Of a stretch of 64,000 nucleotides of DNA, positions 51,173 through 64,000 are shown one piece after another. Within the stretch, counting starts at the first letter, position 1. Each line of letters opens with the position of its first letter. This stretch comes from Octopus sinensis. Lineage: Eukaryota. The notes under the pieces were generated by a model. The model was not told the DNA's origin and made no database searches. It saw only the letters and a program-made list of their open reading frames with translations. The stretch is taken from the NCBI RefSeq assembly GCF_006345805.1, contig NC_043005.1, positions 75,888,001-75,952,000 on the forward strand, in the 5' to 3' direction. Both the position numbers and the translations under genes were made by a program.

Positions 51173-52329
51173 TTGTTCATTTCCATTGCATAGCACCTTG
51201 GACATGTGTCTTTCACTCAAGTCCCAAGTAGACTATAGCCTTGAGAATGGATATGGTAGACAAAAACTGAAAAAGCCTGTTGTGCATATATATTGATTAA
51301 TGTGTGTATGTGTGTATGTGTGCATGCATGCATGCGTGTGTGTGTGTGTGTGTGAGTTGTGTGCATTTGTGTCTCCTTTTCTTGACATCATGTGATAGTT
51401 GTGAGTGTCATATCATGCAAGTAATTTCATTCATTTTCCAATGTTTTGTATAAAAACGCGACTGACCATGGAGAGATAATAGCTTGCTGGGGAACAGATG
51501 AGGGTTGGTGACAGGAACAGCATCTGATCATAGAATATCTATCTCTATAAACTCCATCCAACCCTTGCAAGTATGGAAAAGCGAACGTTAAAACGATAAC
51601 GATGGTGATGACACATGCACACACATATACAGTGAAGGCACATGGCTTAGTGGTTAGGGTATTTAGCTCATGATCACAAGGTTGTGAGTTCAATTCCTGG
51701 TGATGCATTGTGCCCTTGAGTAAGATACTTTATTTCATATTGCTTCAGGTCACTCAGCTGGCAAAAGTGTGTAGTGTAGTACCTGTATTTCAAGGGGCCT
51801 AACTTGTTACACTCTGAATCTACCGACGCACTGAATCTAACTGAGAACTACGTTAAGGGTGCACGTGTCTGTGGAGTGCTCAGCCACTTGCACATTAATT
51901 TCACAAGCAGGCTGTTCTATTAATCAGATCAACTAGAACCCTCATCGTCATAACTGATGGAATGCCAGTATGTACATACAAACCATACATACAATCAAAG
52001 CTGTGTATACAAGCATACCTCAACTTATGCCAGTAATTATTTCCAAGACATGTCACTCATCTTGAAAAACAATATAAGATGAACATTTAAAAAATTTATT
52101 AGCTTATTTCTGTTTTAATAAAATATTTGTACATACTTTCACATGTATTTCATTTGATTTTCCACTTCAATATTGATTTTTAGGTTTTCTTTCAAAGTCT
52201 ATGAATTTAAATATGCTCACCGAGGCTGTTGCAAAACTGGATAAATCAACTGAAGTTGAAGTTTATTTTTCCCATTAATTTATTGAAAAAATTACGTAAA
52301 GTCAAAACAGATGTAGTTTGAAATGTTTG

Positions 52330-52364
<35 letters not shown>

Positions 52365-52402
52365 ATATATATATATATATATATAATATTATATATATAT
52401 AC

Positions 52403-52456
<54 letters not shown>

Positions 52457-52551
52457 TCACATATATATGTATATATATGTATGTACCCAATGGAATCTAT
52501 TACACATGCCATCTCCTATTTCATTAATACTATATGTGTGTGTGTGTGTGT

Positions 52552-52960
52552 ACAGGGATTGAACAAAATAATGGAAACACTATAAAATTTCAAACAAATT
52601 TATTTTAATATGGGGTAGGACTGCCTTTGGCAGTAATTACAGCTTGAATTCTATGAGGTATGGACACATACAAAGTTTGAATTGTTTCCAAAGGAATTTT
52701 CGTCCATTCTTCAGGTAAAACAGTCTCTATCTGAAATTTTTGCTTTCCTTCCAGAGTTTTGTTTTGATTAAGAAGTTTTTTCCTCTTTCTCACTACTTCT
52801 TGATACACAAAACATTTTGGTTGTTTTCGTTACGCTAGCATCTGCCATATAAGCACCAACAATTTGACCTCTTTGAAAGCCCAATAGATCTGTAATTTTA
52901 ATGAATTTTAATTACCTTTTTCTGATGATATTAAGTAACACTAATAATAAATCAAAAAAC
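52552..52960 (-). mobile_element. Tc1-like transposon 3' fragment
   Basis: EEWTKIPLETIQTLYVSIPHRIQAVITAKGSPTPY is a typical Tc1 transposase C-terminus; TA-CAGGG terminus. Confidence 0.8.
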
Positions 52961-52974
52961 ATAAAAATAAACAA

Positions 52975-53500
52975 GCTCTGTGAGGCCCAACGCGTGAAAG
53001 GTGCTTTTTATGTGACAGTAACATTGGCCACATTGCTTCTGTGAGGCCCAACACTCGAAAAGTGCTCTTTATGTGCTACCAGCATGGGTGCCATTTTTGT
53101 GACACCGAAAACGGCCATGACTATGATTTCACTTGGCTTGACAGATCTTCTCAAGCATGGCATATCACCAAAGGTCCTGGTCACTAGTCATTCCTCTGTG
53201 AATATATGTGTATATGTATACATATACATATATGTGTATATGTATGTGTGTATCTGAATGTGGCTGATGCCAGCACCGCCTTGACTGGCATCCATGCCAG
53301 TGGCACATAAAAAGCACCAATCAATCGTGGACATTGCCAGCCTCTTCTGGAGTGGTTGGCGTTAGGAAGGGCATCCAGCTGTAGAAACACTGCTAGATCA
53401 GACTGGAGCCTGGTGCAGCCTCCTGGCTTCCCAGACCCTGGTCGAACCATCCAACCCATGCTACCAAGGAAAACGGACGTTAAATGATGATGATGATGAT
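52975..53500 (+). mobile_element. RTE-tail-related repeat family D
   Basis: gtgaggcccaac repeats, family D 3' end and (GAT)n tail abutting the mariner TIR. Confidence 0.7.
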
Positions 53501-53502
53501 GA

Positions 53503-54637
53503 CAAGGGTGGGCTGAAAAGTTCATAGGCTTACTAAGAAGGGGTTACCATACAGTAACTAAACTTGGCATGCATTAAATTCAACGTTTACTGATGCTAAC
53601 TGCATTTTTTCTTTCTAGATAAACTTACATTGGATAGAGATTTGAGGACTTGGAGAAGAGGTGCTAGAGACATTTCATGAAAATGTGTAAAATTTGGCAC
53701 CGTGGTGTTGTCAAATATCTTCAGAAAATGGGGTCAGTCCCACTGGAACATTCATGCTGACATGGTTGCTACTTTAGAGGATGATGCTCCAACTTTATCA
53801 ACTGTGCAAAAGGGGGCACCTATAGGCATCTCTCATGAATGAGTTGAGAACATTCTACATAACGAACTTGGCATGTTGAAGGTTTCCGCTCAGTGGGTGC
53901 CATGACTTTTGATGCCTGATCAAAAGCACACCAGGCTGGTCATGTCACAGGAAAACTTGGCACTCTTTGAACAAAGCTAACTGGTTTTATTGAACATTTC
54001 CTCACCGAAGATGAATGTTGAGTTCACCACTTTGGGCCAGAGACCAAACGGCAATTCATGCTGTGGAAACATCTTTTTTCTTCCCTACAAAAGAAGGCCA
54101 AGGTGGTGTCATCAGCCGGAATGTTAAGGCCGCCATCTTCTGAAAGACAAAGGGCATTGTGTTCATCGACTACCCTCAGAAAGGCCATACTATCAATGGA
54201 GAATTATGCCAACTTGGTGAGGCAAGTGTGAAAGACAATCAAATCAAAATGGCCTGGAAAACTGACAAAGGGATCCTGCTTCAACAGTATAATGCTCCTG
54301 CACACAAGTCTGTGGTTGCAAAGGCCGTTGTGCATGACTGTGGCTCTGAACTGGTTGATCACCTTCCATATTCTCCATTTGACTGTATTTTGTTCCACAA
54401 CATGAAAAAGCACTTGGTTGGGAAGCAGTATTGGATAGATGACGAAGTCATATCTGTTGTTGAGGACTTTTTTGAGGGTCAGGATGAGAGCTTCTATACC
54501 ACAGGGATCCAAGTGCTGCAACACTGATGGAAGAAGTGTATGGACTACACAGGAGACTATGTCAAAAAATAAAACACATTTGGTCAAGTTTGACCATTGC
54601 CTTGTGGTTAGCCTATAAACTTTTCAGCCCGCCATTG
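53503..54637 (+). mobile_element. mariner DNA transposon with both TIRs, decayed and internally deleted transposase
   Basis: 27-bp TIRs (53503-53529 and 54611-54637, 24/27 identical); VSAQWVP, EDE, YNAPAH, HLPYSP and KKCMDYTGDYVKK motifs with stops and frameshifts. Confidence 0.9.
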
Positions 54638-55120
54638 TATATATGTTTATATAAATGCAAATACATACATACATACATACATACATACATACATACATAC
54701 ATACATACATACATACATACATACATACATACATACATACATACATGCATGCATACATACATGCATGCATGCTTACATACATACATACATACATGCATAC
54801 ATACATGCATTCATGCATGCATAAATACATACATAAATACATACATTCATATATATATATGTGTGTGTGTGTATAACTATCTATCTATTTCTGTATGTAT
54901 GTATGCATGTGTGTGTGTGTATATATATATATATGTATGTATATATATATATATATATATATATTTATGTATGTATGTGTTGTATAATAAGCCATAATAT
55001 TAAAGATATGTGCATTTATTTTACACATAAAAACAAAATGTCTCTTTATATTATATTGCCTGGAAAATGTTAGTAAATTTAATGTTCTTTTAACAAAAGT
55101 TTTCTCTTTCTAAATTCCAG

Positions 55121-55222
55121 TGTTTTCCTACAAGACGTCGTTGGCTGCTTATTGGAATAATCATCATCTTGGCATTGTCAGCTTTGGTCTTAGGAATCTG
55201 TTCATCGGATAAATCTTGCTAA
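55121..55222 (+). CDS. Terminal coding exon of a tail-anchored membrane protein (CFPTRRRWLLIGIIIILALSALVLGICSSDKSC*)
   Basis: tttctctttctaaattccag acceptor, phase 0, basic RRR followed by a 20-aa hydrophobic segment and a short tail; TAA at 55220-55222; AT-rich 3' UTR-like sequence follows. Confidence 0.7.
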   Translation, partial: CFPTRRRWLLIGIIIILALSALVLGICSSDKSC

Positions 55223-55569
55223 GAATATTTTCAGTGCCTTTGGATATTTATGATGTGACAAAAATGTCAGTGTGCAAAGAAATTATTCATTTTTAAATAC
55301 CATAATTATCAAAGACAGAATCTGGAATTGTTTTAGATATTAACCAAAGAATTTTTGATTAATTGTCATAACATGATTGCTTATAATTGAAATTGAATGG
55401 TATTTAAAATATTGAAAAATAATATTTTGTAAAAGTTATGTTGTTATGTTCAATAACGTCTGCATCATTCTGGTGAGATGAGTTATGGCATTCAATTATG
55501 CATGCATTTATCGAAACACCATATGCTGGACAAAGCTGTCTTTTCCATAATAAATATAAATCTGATATC

Positions 55570-56095
<526 letters not shown>

Positions 56096-56724
56096 AATAT
56101 TGATGTAATAATATTTAGAGATGAGAAGTTGGAAGAATAAGGAAGCAAATAAACCACATTTCTGTTTTCTCTGTGAACATCAAGTAAACAAGAAGAGGGC
56201 AAAATATGATCAAATGTTTGCGTGATAGTTATGCTCTTAAAACATTCTTTAAACATCAATATTCATGATTAACATTGTGACTGAAATGCAATACGCTATG
56301 AAGTTTACCTCACAAAACATAAACGAATAAAAATAAATATACTAGTAAATAAAAATAAAACATAAATGAATGCACATACAAATAAATATATATGTATGTA
56401 TATGTATATATATATATCTGAAATATATATGATAAATAATATTGTATATAAAGAAACAAAAATCAAAATCAAAAATATATAGACAAATAAATGAAAAGTT
56501 ATAAAATATATACAAACGAAAATAAAAATGAAACAAAAATAAAAATAAAAATAAAAATGAAAAATATAAGGCAAAATAAAATTCATAATTTTTTAGTTGT
56601 TTTTTTAAATTATTTTACTTTTGCAAATCATCAAGAATTGTGCAAGAAAAAAAGAAAAAAAAGAAAATAAATACAACAATGAAGTCATACATCTTCGAAT
56701 ACATTGGTTTGAATTAACTGTGTT

Positions 56725-57140
56725 ATTCCTTTATTCTTCAACTTGTTTCAGTCATTTGACTGTAGCCATGCTGGAGCACCATCCTGAAGGGTTTTTAGTC
56801 GAAGGAATCGATGCCAGGGCTTGTTCTTTGTGAGCCTATTACTTATTCTATTGGTCACTTTTGCTGAGCCACTAAGTTACGGGGACTTGAGCACATCAAC
56901 ATCAGTTGTTAAGCAATAGTGGAGGAACAAATACAGTCACAAAAACACACAGACAAGCACATGCATGCATGTGTGCACACACATATGATGGGCTTCGTTC
57001 ATTTTCCATCTACCAAATCCACTCACAAGGCTTTGATCTGTCTGAAATTATTGTAGAAGACACTTGCCCAAGATACTACGCCATGGGAATGAACCCAGAA
57101 CCATGTGGCTGGAAAGTAAGCTTCTTACCACACAGCCTTG
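56725..57140 (-). mobile_element. SINE family A (diverged)
   Basis: Family A body and head on the minus strand. Confidence 0.7.
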
Positions 57141-57194
57141 AAAATTTTGGACTATATTATTTGTCTTTTTCCCTAAGGTAGAGAATCATTAGCA

Positions 57195-57390
57195 GAATCA
57201 TTAGCACACCGGGTGAAATGCTTAGCGGTAATTCATCTGCTGCTACATTCTGATTTCATATTCCACTGAGGTCAACTTTACCTTTCATCCTTTCAGGGTC
57301 GATAAATTGAGTACCAGTTGTGTACTGGGGTTGATGTAATCGACTGGCCCCCTCCCCTAAAATTCCAGGCCTGTGCCTATTGTAGAAAGG
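57195..57390 (+). mobile_element. SINE family B
   Basis: Family B head, box B region and gtaccagttg...ctggggttgat body. Confidence 0.75.
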
Positions 57391-57788
57391 ATTATGTTTG
57401 TCTTTTACATTTCAATATTCCACCTATTTTTCATTTAGTCGTCTTTAAGAACCAGTCTATTCTAATATTTAAATATATTCCTAAATGTATTTGAACACAG
57501 AATCTAAGAATCTTTTGTACAATAGGCACACGGCCAGAAATTATGTCAATGGGAATGGAAGCTTGTTGATAACATCGGCCCTAGAGCTCAACTGGTATTT
57601 ATTTTAATGACCCCAGAAGGAATTTATTTATTTATTAATTTTTTAAATACATATTTTACCTGTGAATTTGCGTGTGTAACCTGGGAATGCATACAATGAG
57701 CTTCTCTGCCCTAGGTGTACGGAAAACACTCGGCCAGAAACGAAAGAAAATTTGAAGAAAGAAGGAAAGCATAATAATAATAATAATA

Positions 57789-57830
<42 letters not shown>

Positions 57831-57844
57831 CAATAATTGATGTC

Positions 57845-57960
57845 TTGCAAAAAGCAGCCTCATTGGGCAGAGCGCACATCTTAAGGAAAGTATTATCTGT
57901 CTGAGGTTCTTGTGACTTGATGGATGACTAAAGACTCTGGTGCATTTTTACCTACACTGT
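57845..57960 (+). pseudogene. R4/Dong-like extreme 3' fragment
   Basis: LQKAASLGRAHILRKVLSV* parallels QKIVLTGTSHVLRRAL of ORF 35079; the 3' UTR resembles 24510-24560. Confidence 0.55.
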
Positions 57961-58316
57961 GTTATGAAGGAATAATGATAATAATGACAACGACGACGAC
58001 AACGATGATGACGATGATGACAACAATGACGACGACGACAAAGACAGTGATGACAATGACAATGATGAGGATGATAGCATTAGAAATAATATAATTTCCA
58101 CCTAATCTTGGAGTGCACCCATCTATGGCAAATGATTATGATTTTCCTGGTTTCTTGTTATACTAATATATGTCATATATGTCTGTTGTCTCTTCAGTTT
58201 ATTATATAAATATGTTATAAATTGATTTGATACCTAATCCATAAACACACTTCGACCACATGTGAATCGTTGGCGATTTTTTTCCTCTGTCTTCCTTTTC
58301 TATTGGACTTTCCTCT

Positions 58317-58351
58317 GTTTCTGAAGAAGAGCTTTGCTCAAAACGTTAAAC
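58317..58351 (+). ncRNA. Minimal hammerhead motif (family P2)
   Basis: GTTT-CTGAAGA-A-GAGC-TTT-GCTC-AAAA-CGTT-AAAC; G12 changed to A, otherwise intact. Confidence 0.65.
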
Positions 58352-58451
58352 CATCTTTCTTTCCTTCCCTGAGCGTCTGCTAATACTTTGCATCTACCAC
58401 ATTCTCACATTGTCGTTTTTTTGTGCTTGTTCTTGTTTTTTTTTTATTTAC

Positions 58452-58502
<51 letters not shown>

Positions 58503-58674
58503 TATATATATTAATACATATATACATATACATGCATACATATGTACATACATACATACATATATATGCATGTATGTATATGTATATCTGTATATATCAC
58601 ATACATACATACATACATACATACATACATACACACACAAACTCCATATATATATGTATGTCTTTCTTTATTTT

Positions 58675-59060
58675 TATTTTTTAATTGTTTCGGTCATTGG
58701 AGTGTGGCCATGCTGGGACACCACCTTTGAAGAAGTTTTAGTTAAATAAATCAACCCTAGGACTTATTTTTTTAAAAGCCCTTGGTACTTATTCTATTGG
58801 TCTCTTTTGCTGAACTGTTAAGTTACAAGGACATAAACACACCAACACTGTTTGTCAACTAGTGGTGAGGGACAAACACAGATACAAAGAGATACACACA
58901 CACACACACGACAGGCTTCTTTCAGTTACTGTCTACCAAATCCACTCAGAAGGCTTTGGTTGGCCCAGAGCAACAGTAGAAGACACTTGCCCAAGGTGCC
59001 ACACAGTGGTACTGAGCCTGGAACCAAGTGGTTGGGAAGCAAGCTTCTTATCACCTAGTC
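58675..59060 (-). mobile_element. SINE family A
   Basis: Family A body and head on the minus strand. Confidence 0.75.
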
Positions 59061-59064
59061 ACAT

Positions 59065-59115
59065 CTATATGTATGTATGTATGTATGCATGTATGTATGT
59101 ATATATGTATGTATG

Positions 59116-59147
<32 letters not shown>

Positions 59148-59282
59148 TGTATCATGTATGTTTTTATGTATGTATATATGTATGTATGTATTTATGTATG
59201 TATGTATGTATGTATGTATGTATGTATGTATGTACGTACGTACATATTATGTATGTATGTATGTATGTATGTATGTACGTAC

Positions 59283-59313
<31 letters not shown>

Positions 59314-59598
59314 TGTAGGTATGTATGTATGTATGTATGTGTATGTATGTATGTTTGTATGTATGCATGTTTGTATGTATGTATGTGTGTATGTATGTGT
59401 ATGTATGTATGTTTGTATGTATGTATGTATGTGTGTATGTGTGTATGTATGTATGTTTTATGTATGTATGTATGCATGTATGTACGTATGTACATATGTA
59501 TGTATATATGTGCGTATGTATGTATGTGTGTATGAGTGTATGTATGTATGTTTGTATGTATGTATGCATGTATGTACGTATGTACATCTGTATGTATG

Positions 59599-59647
<49 letters not shown>

Positions 59648-59690
59648 ATGTATGTATGTATGTATGTATGTATGTATGTGTGTATGTATG
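59065..59690. repeat. (TATG)n degenerate microsatellite
   Basis: About 620 bp tetranucleotide array; explains the MYVC/HTYI ORFs. Confidence 0.97.
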
Positions 59691-59757
59691 AACATGAATT
59701 ATTCAAACAATAAAACACCAATAAATCTGCAACAAATTTCAGATATTCTAATTGCTT

Positions 59758-59834
59758 CTATGAAACAATGTTGTCCAAACATAAAGAATCCTCAGTGCTT
59801 GCCCAAACTTTCGATTTTTTGCCCTTTTTTCTTC
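59758..59834 (-). CDS. Possible terminal exon of a convergent gene (RKKGKKSKVWASTEDSLCLDNIVS* in phase 1)
   Basis: Minus-strand acceptor atactatgttcttacag; reading frame ambiguous; no convincing upstream exon found. Confidence 0.2.
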
Positions 59835-60819
59835 CTGTAAGAACATAGTATTAGTATTTGGTGCCTGAAGAACTATTAACAATAAGTATTATATAGTGTT
59901 AAGTGAAGTGAAACAACTACTAGTGGGAATTGAATGCCAATCAGCTTCTCGGTTCAGTGAACTTGGTTTAGTACCTGTTTCTTGATACAATGATATTGAT
60001 TATGTATTTTTGGAGGTCAAAGGCTATCCAATATTTTGTGAGTCATATATAACAATCGGTTGGTCATATTTGAAAGAAATTGGTCAGTTGGAAAAATTGT
60101 ATTATAATATATAGGTCAGTATTGTTGTGAATAGATCAGATGTTATACTGTATAACTACGCTGTTTTTTGTTGTTGTTGCTGTTGTTATTTAGCTTCATC
60201 TCAGTCCTTCACAAACAAAAGTGTTCTGGTTATAACCGTCCCATCTTTTTTTATAGCTACATTACTGAATGTGTCCTTCCTTTATCGAGACATTAAGGCA
60301 TGATTACAGTGAGATTTGGTTGCTATTTCTAGCAGTTAGGATGTGCCTGTAGGGTGGTGTTTCCCAACATTTTGGTATGTCTAGCACCCAAAGTCGATCT
60401 CGGCAGAATTTGAACCGTTACGTTCAGAGTTCAAATTCTGCTGAGGTTGACTTTGCCTTTCATCATTTCGGGGTCGATAAATAAAGTACCAGTTGCGCAC
60501 TGGGGTCGATGTAATCGACTTAATCCGTTTGTCTATCCTTGTTTGTCTGTCCTTGTTTGTCTCCTCTGTGTTTGGCCCCTTGTAAGAGGTAAAGAAATAG
60601 TTATGTCTAGCACCCTTCTAATGACAAGATGAATTAAGTAGGATTCCTTGCATCCATCCTTAATGCTATGGTAATTTAAAAAGTGATGATCAGATATCTG
60701 GAAAATTCAGTTATCCAGCAACACTCTGGTGTCATTGGTGCTGGACTGGAGGGAGTTTATTATAGATTAAATCAAGGTTTCTCAAACTGACATTTATCAA
60801 GCATTTCCCTTCCAATAAT

Positions 60820-61115
60820 AGTGAAATGGCTGGACTGGCTCCTGTGCAGGTGGTATGTAAAAAACACTATTTGAGCATGGCCGTTGCCAGTACTGCCTGA
60901 CTGGCCCTCGTACTGTTGGTATGTAAAAGCATCCACTACACTCTCAGAGTGGTTGGTGTTAGGAAGGGCATCCAGCTGTAGAAACTCTGCCAGATCAGAT
61001 TGGAGCCTGGCCTGGTGCAGCCATCTGGTTCGCCAGTCCTCAGTCAAATTGTCCAACCCATGCTAGCATGGAAAGTGGACGTTAAATGATGATGGTGATG
61101 ATGATGATGATGATG
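60820..61115 (+). mobile_element. RTE-tail-related repeat family D
   Basis: Family D consensus with a (GAT)n tail. Confidence 0.8.
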
Positions 61116-61697
61116 TCTTTAAGGTGGTGACCTGGCAGAATTGCTTCCATGCTGGACGAAACACTTAGCAACATTTTTGTGGACTCTACGATCTCTTTTC
61201 AAATTTCAGTGGGGTCAGTTTTGTCTTTCATCCTTCCAGGGTCAATAAAATAAGTACCAGCTGAGCACTGGGGTCAATGTGATCAACTTATCACCTTCCC
61301 CACCCCAGAATTGCTGGCCTTGTGCCAAAATTTGCAACCAATATTAGGGAAATATTTATAATGCGGCAAGCTGGTAGAATTGACACTGCACCGGGCATAG
61401 TATTTTGTAGCATTTCTTCCGACTCTTCATTCTGAGATCAAATTCTATCTGGGTTGACTTATCTTTTTCCTCCTTTTCAGATCGATAAAATAAGTACCAG
61501 TTGAATAATGAGGTTGATGTAATCGACTTGTTTCCTCTCCCAAAGTTTGAAATCTCTATAAGCAAAATATTTTGTCCTTTTCTCTTTTATGTAAAATGGA
61601 CATAAAATAGCATTTGCATTTGATAATGTTTTCTTTGCCTTGGTTTTGAACAAATTTAAAGAGTTTAAAACTATCTTATTATCTATCACTGTATCTT

Positions 61698-62120
61698 ATA
61701 AGGCGGTGAGCTGGCAGAAACGTTAGGATGCCGGGGGGAAATGCATAACGGTATTTCGTCTGCCACTACATTCTGAGTTCAAATTCCAACGAGGTTGACT
61801 TTGCGTTTCATCCTTTCGAGGTTGATTAAATAAATACCAGTTATGCACTGGGGTCGATATAATCGACTTAATCCCTTTGTCTCTCCTTGTTTGTCCCCTC
61901 TGTCTGTAGCCCCTTGTTGGTAGTAAAGAAATAAGAAACGTTAGAATGCCGGGTGAAATGCTTAGCAGTATTTTGTCAGTCTTTATATTCTGAGTTCACA
62001 TTCTGCCAAGGTCATCTTTGCCTTTCAGCCTTTTGGGGTTGGTAAATTAGGTACCAGTTGCATACTGGGGTCGATCTCTCTCCCAAAATTTTGGGCCTTG
62101 TGCCTAGAGTAGAAAAGAAT
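61698..62120 (+). mobile_element. SINE family B, tandem arrangement
   Basis: Full copy to about 61933, then a second copy restarting at agaaacgttag. Confidence 0.8.
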
Positions 62121-62764
62121 ATCTATATCTTACATTTATCCAAGGTATGTGACAAATATATTTATATGGTTTATTTATTTATTCATTTTTATACATCTAC
62201 CTCTATTTCTCATAAGTATCACAGGTAAGTCCATATATGTCTATTGTGTGTGTATTACCTTGTATATTTCTGTGTATTATTTACGATTTTTTTTTTGCTA
62301 AAGACAGAAGAGATGAAAAGAGAGAGGAAATAAATTCATAAATAACACACAATGTATTTACCTATGATACTTATGAGAAATAGAGACAGATGTATAAAAA
62401 ATAAATAGATAAATATTTAAATAGATAAATAAACAAATATATAAATATATTTGTCACATACCTGGGGTATCTTTTTATCTTAATATCTTAATTATTAAAT
62501 GTAAAGCTAGCTTAATTCTATTGAATACAGCAATTCTACTGAATCGCCTCAATCCTCCATTGCTCTTTTATCATGATAAACAATCAGAGGTACTGTTCAA
62601 TTATTCTTTTATTCTTCTACTTGTTTCAGTCGTAAGACTGTGGTCATGCTGGGGCACCACCTTGAAGAGTTTTAGTCAAATGTATTGACACCCTGTACTA
62701 GCTTGGTACTTATTCTATTTGTATCTTTTGTTGAACTGCCAAATTATGGAATCATAAACATAAG

Positions 62765-63157
62765 TAAGCGTAGGAGTGGCTGTGTGGTAAGTAGCTTCCT
62801 TACCAACCACATGGTTGTGGGTTCAGTTCCACTGCGTGGCACCTTGGGCAAGTGTCTTCTACTATAGCCTCGGGCTGACCAAAGCCTTGTGAGTGGATTT
62901 GGTAGACAGAAACTGAAAGAATCCCTTCGTATATATGTATATGTATATATGTATGTGTGTGTGTTTATGTTTGTGTGTCTGTGTTTGTCCCCCTAACATC
63001 GTTTGGTGTGTTTACGTCCCTGTAACTTAGCATTTCGGCCAAAGAGACCGATAGAATAAGTACTAGGCTTACAAAGAATAAGTCCTGGGGTCGATTTGCT
63101 CAACTAAAGGTGGTGCTCCAGCATGGCCACAGTCAAATGACTGAAACAAGTAAAAAC
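62765..63157 (+). mobile_element. SINE family A, well-preserved exemplar
   Basis: gtaggagtggctgtgtggtaag head, ggttcagttcc box B-like motif, internal TA/TG array, gaaacaagtaaaa tail; nested in a minus-strand copy of the same family. Confidence 0.88.
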
Positions 63158-63327
63158 AAAAACCAACACTGATTGTCAAGCGGCAGCTGGGGAATAAACA
63201 CACACATGCACACACACACAGACACACACGCGCACCCACACCCACACACACATACACACACACATACACACACACGCACACATACTCACACACACCACAC
63301 ACACACACAATTGGCTTCTTTCAGTTT

Positions 63328-63749
63328 TTATTTCTTTATTGCCCACAAGGGGCTAAACATAGAGGGGACAATCAAGGACAGACATAGGGATTAAGTCAAT
63401 TAAATCAACCCCAGTGCGTAACTGGTACTTAATTTATCAACCCCGAAAGGATGAAAGGCAAAGTCAACCTCAGCGGAATTTGAACTCAGAATGTAACGGC
63501 AGATGAAATACCTATTTCTTTACTACCCACAAGGGGCTAAACACAGAGAGGACAAACAAGGACAGACAAATGGATTAAGTCAATTATATCAACCCCAGTG
63601 TGTAACTGGTACTTATTTAATCAACCTCGAAAGGATGAAAGGCAAAGTCAACCTCGGTGGAATTTGAACTCAGAACGTAAAGACAGATGAAATACCGCTA
63701 AGCATTTCACCCAGTGTGCTAACATTTCTGCCAACTCAACGCCTTAGTT
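63328..63749 (-). mobile_element. SINE family B dimer with 12-bp TSD
   Basis: Full copy plus a headless tandem unit; TTCTTTCAGTTT at 63316-63327 and 63750-63761. Confidence 0.88.
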
Positions 63750-64000
63750 TTCTTTCAGTTTCTGCCTACCAAAATCCACTTACAAGGTTTTGGTTTGCCC
63801 AAGGCTATAGCAGAAGACATTTGCTCAAGGTGGCACACAGTAGGACTGAACCTGGAACTATGTGATCAGAAAGCAAAACTTCTTACCACACAGCCATGCC
63901 TGCACCTATACTATATTGAATTATGTTAGTCAAATTTTATACACCATGGGTCAGGTATTGTCTATGTAGTTTATAGACCACAAGCAAGATAGTTGGATAA

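Noticed and set aside
58862-59840. Long MYVC/HTYI ORFs (and similar ones at 15523-16648 and 54527-56259)
   Set aside because: Six-frame read-through of TATG/TA microsatellites.

Overview
Eukaryotic, AT-rich, mostly non-coding window packed with microsatellites (TA, TG, TATG, GAT, AAT, CCTT) and short interspersed repeats. The repeat families and microsatellite density suggest an Octopus-like coleoid cephalopod genome (inference). Nearly all ORFs in the supplied track are microsatellite read-throughs. Supported content: (i) a probable + strand multi-exon host gene with small phase-compatible exons, ending in a tail-anchored membrane-protein exon at 55121-55222; (ii) fragments of Penelope-like (GIY-YIG), R4/Dong, CR1/L2 and RTE retroelements, two decayed mariners, Tc1 ends, MITEs and non-autonomous Helitrons; (iii) dozens of SINE copies from several families. 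The most notable signal is absent from the ORF track: about a dozen minimal type I hammerhead ribozyme motifs, on both strands, in several unrelated short repeats. They include a family with visible helix I covariation, a tRNA-headed (Pol III box A/B) SINE carrying a hammerhead, and a candidate G3:C8 core-swapped hammerhead inside a 119-bp-arm foldback. All ribozyme calls are manual pattern and fold matches; activity is untested. Coordinates of degenerate repeats are approximate.
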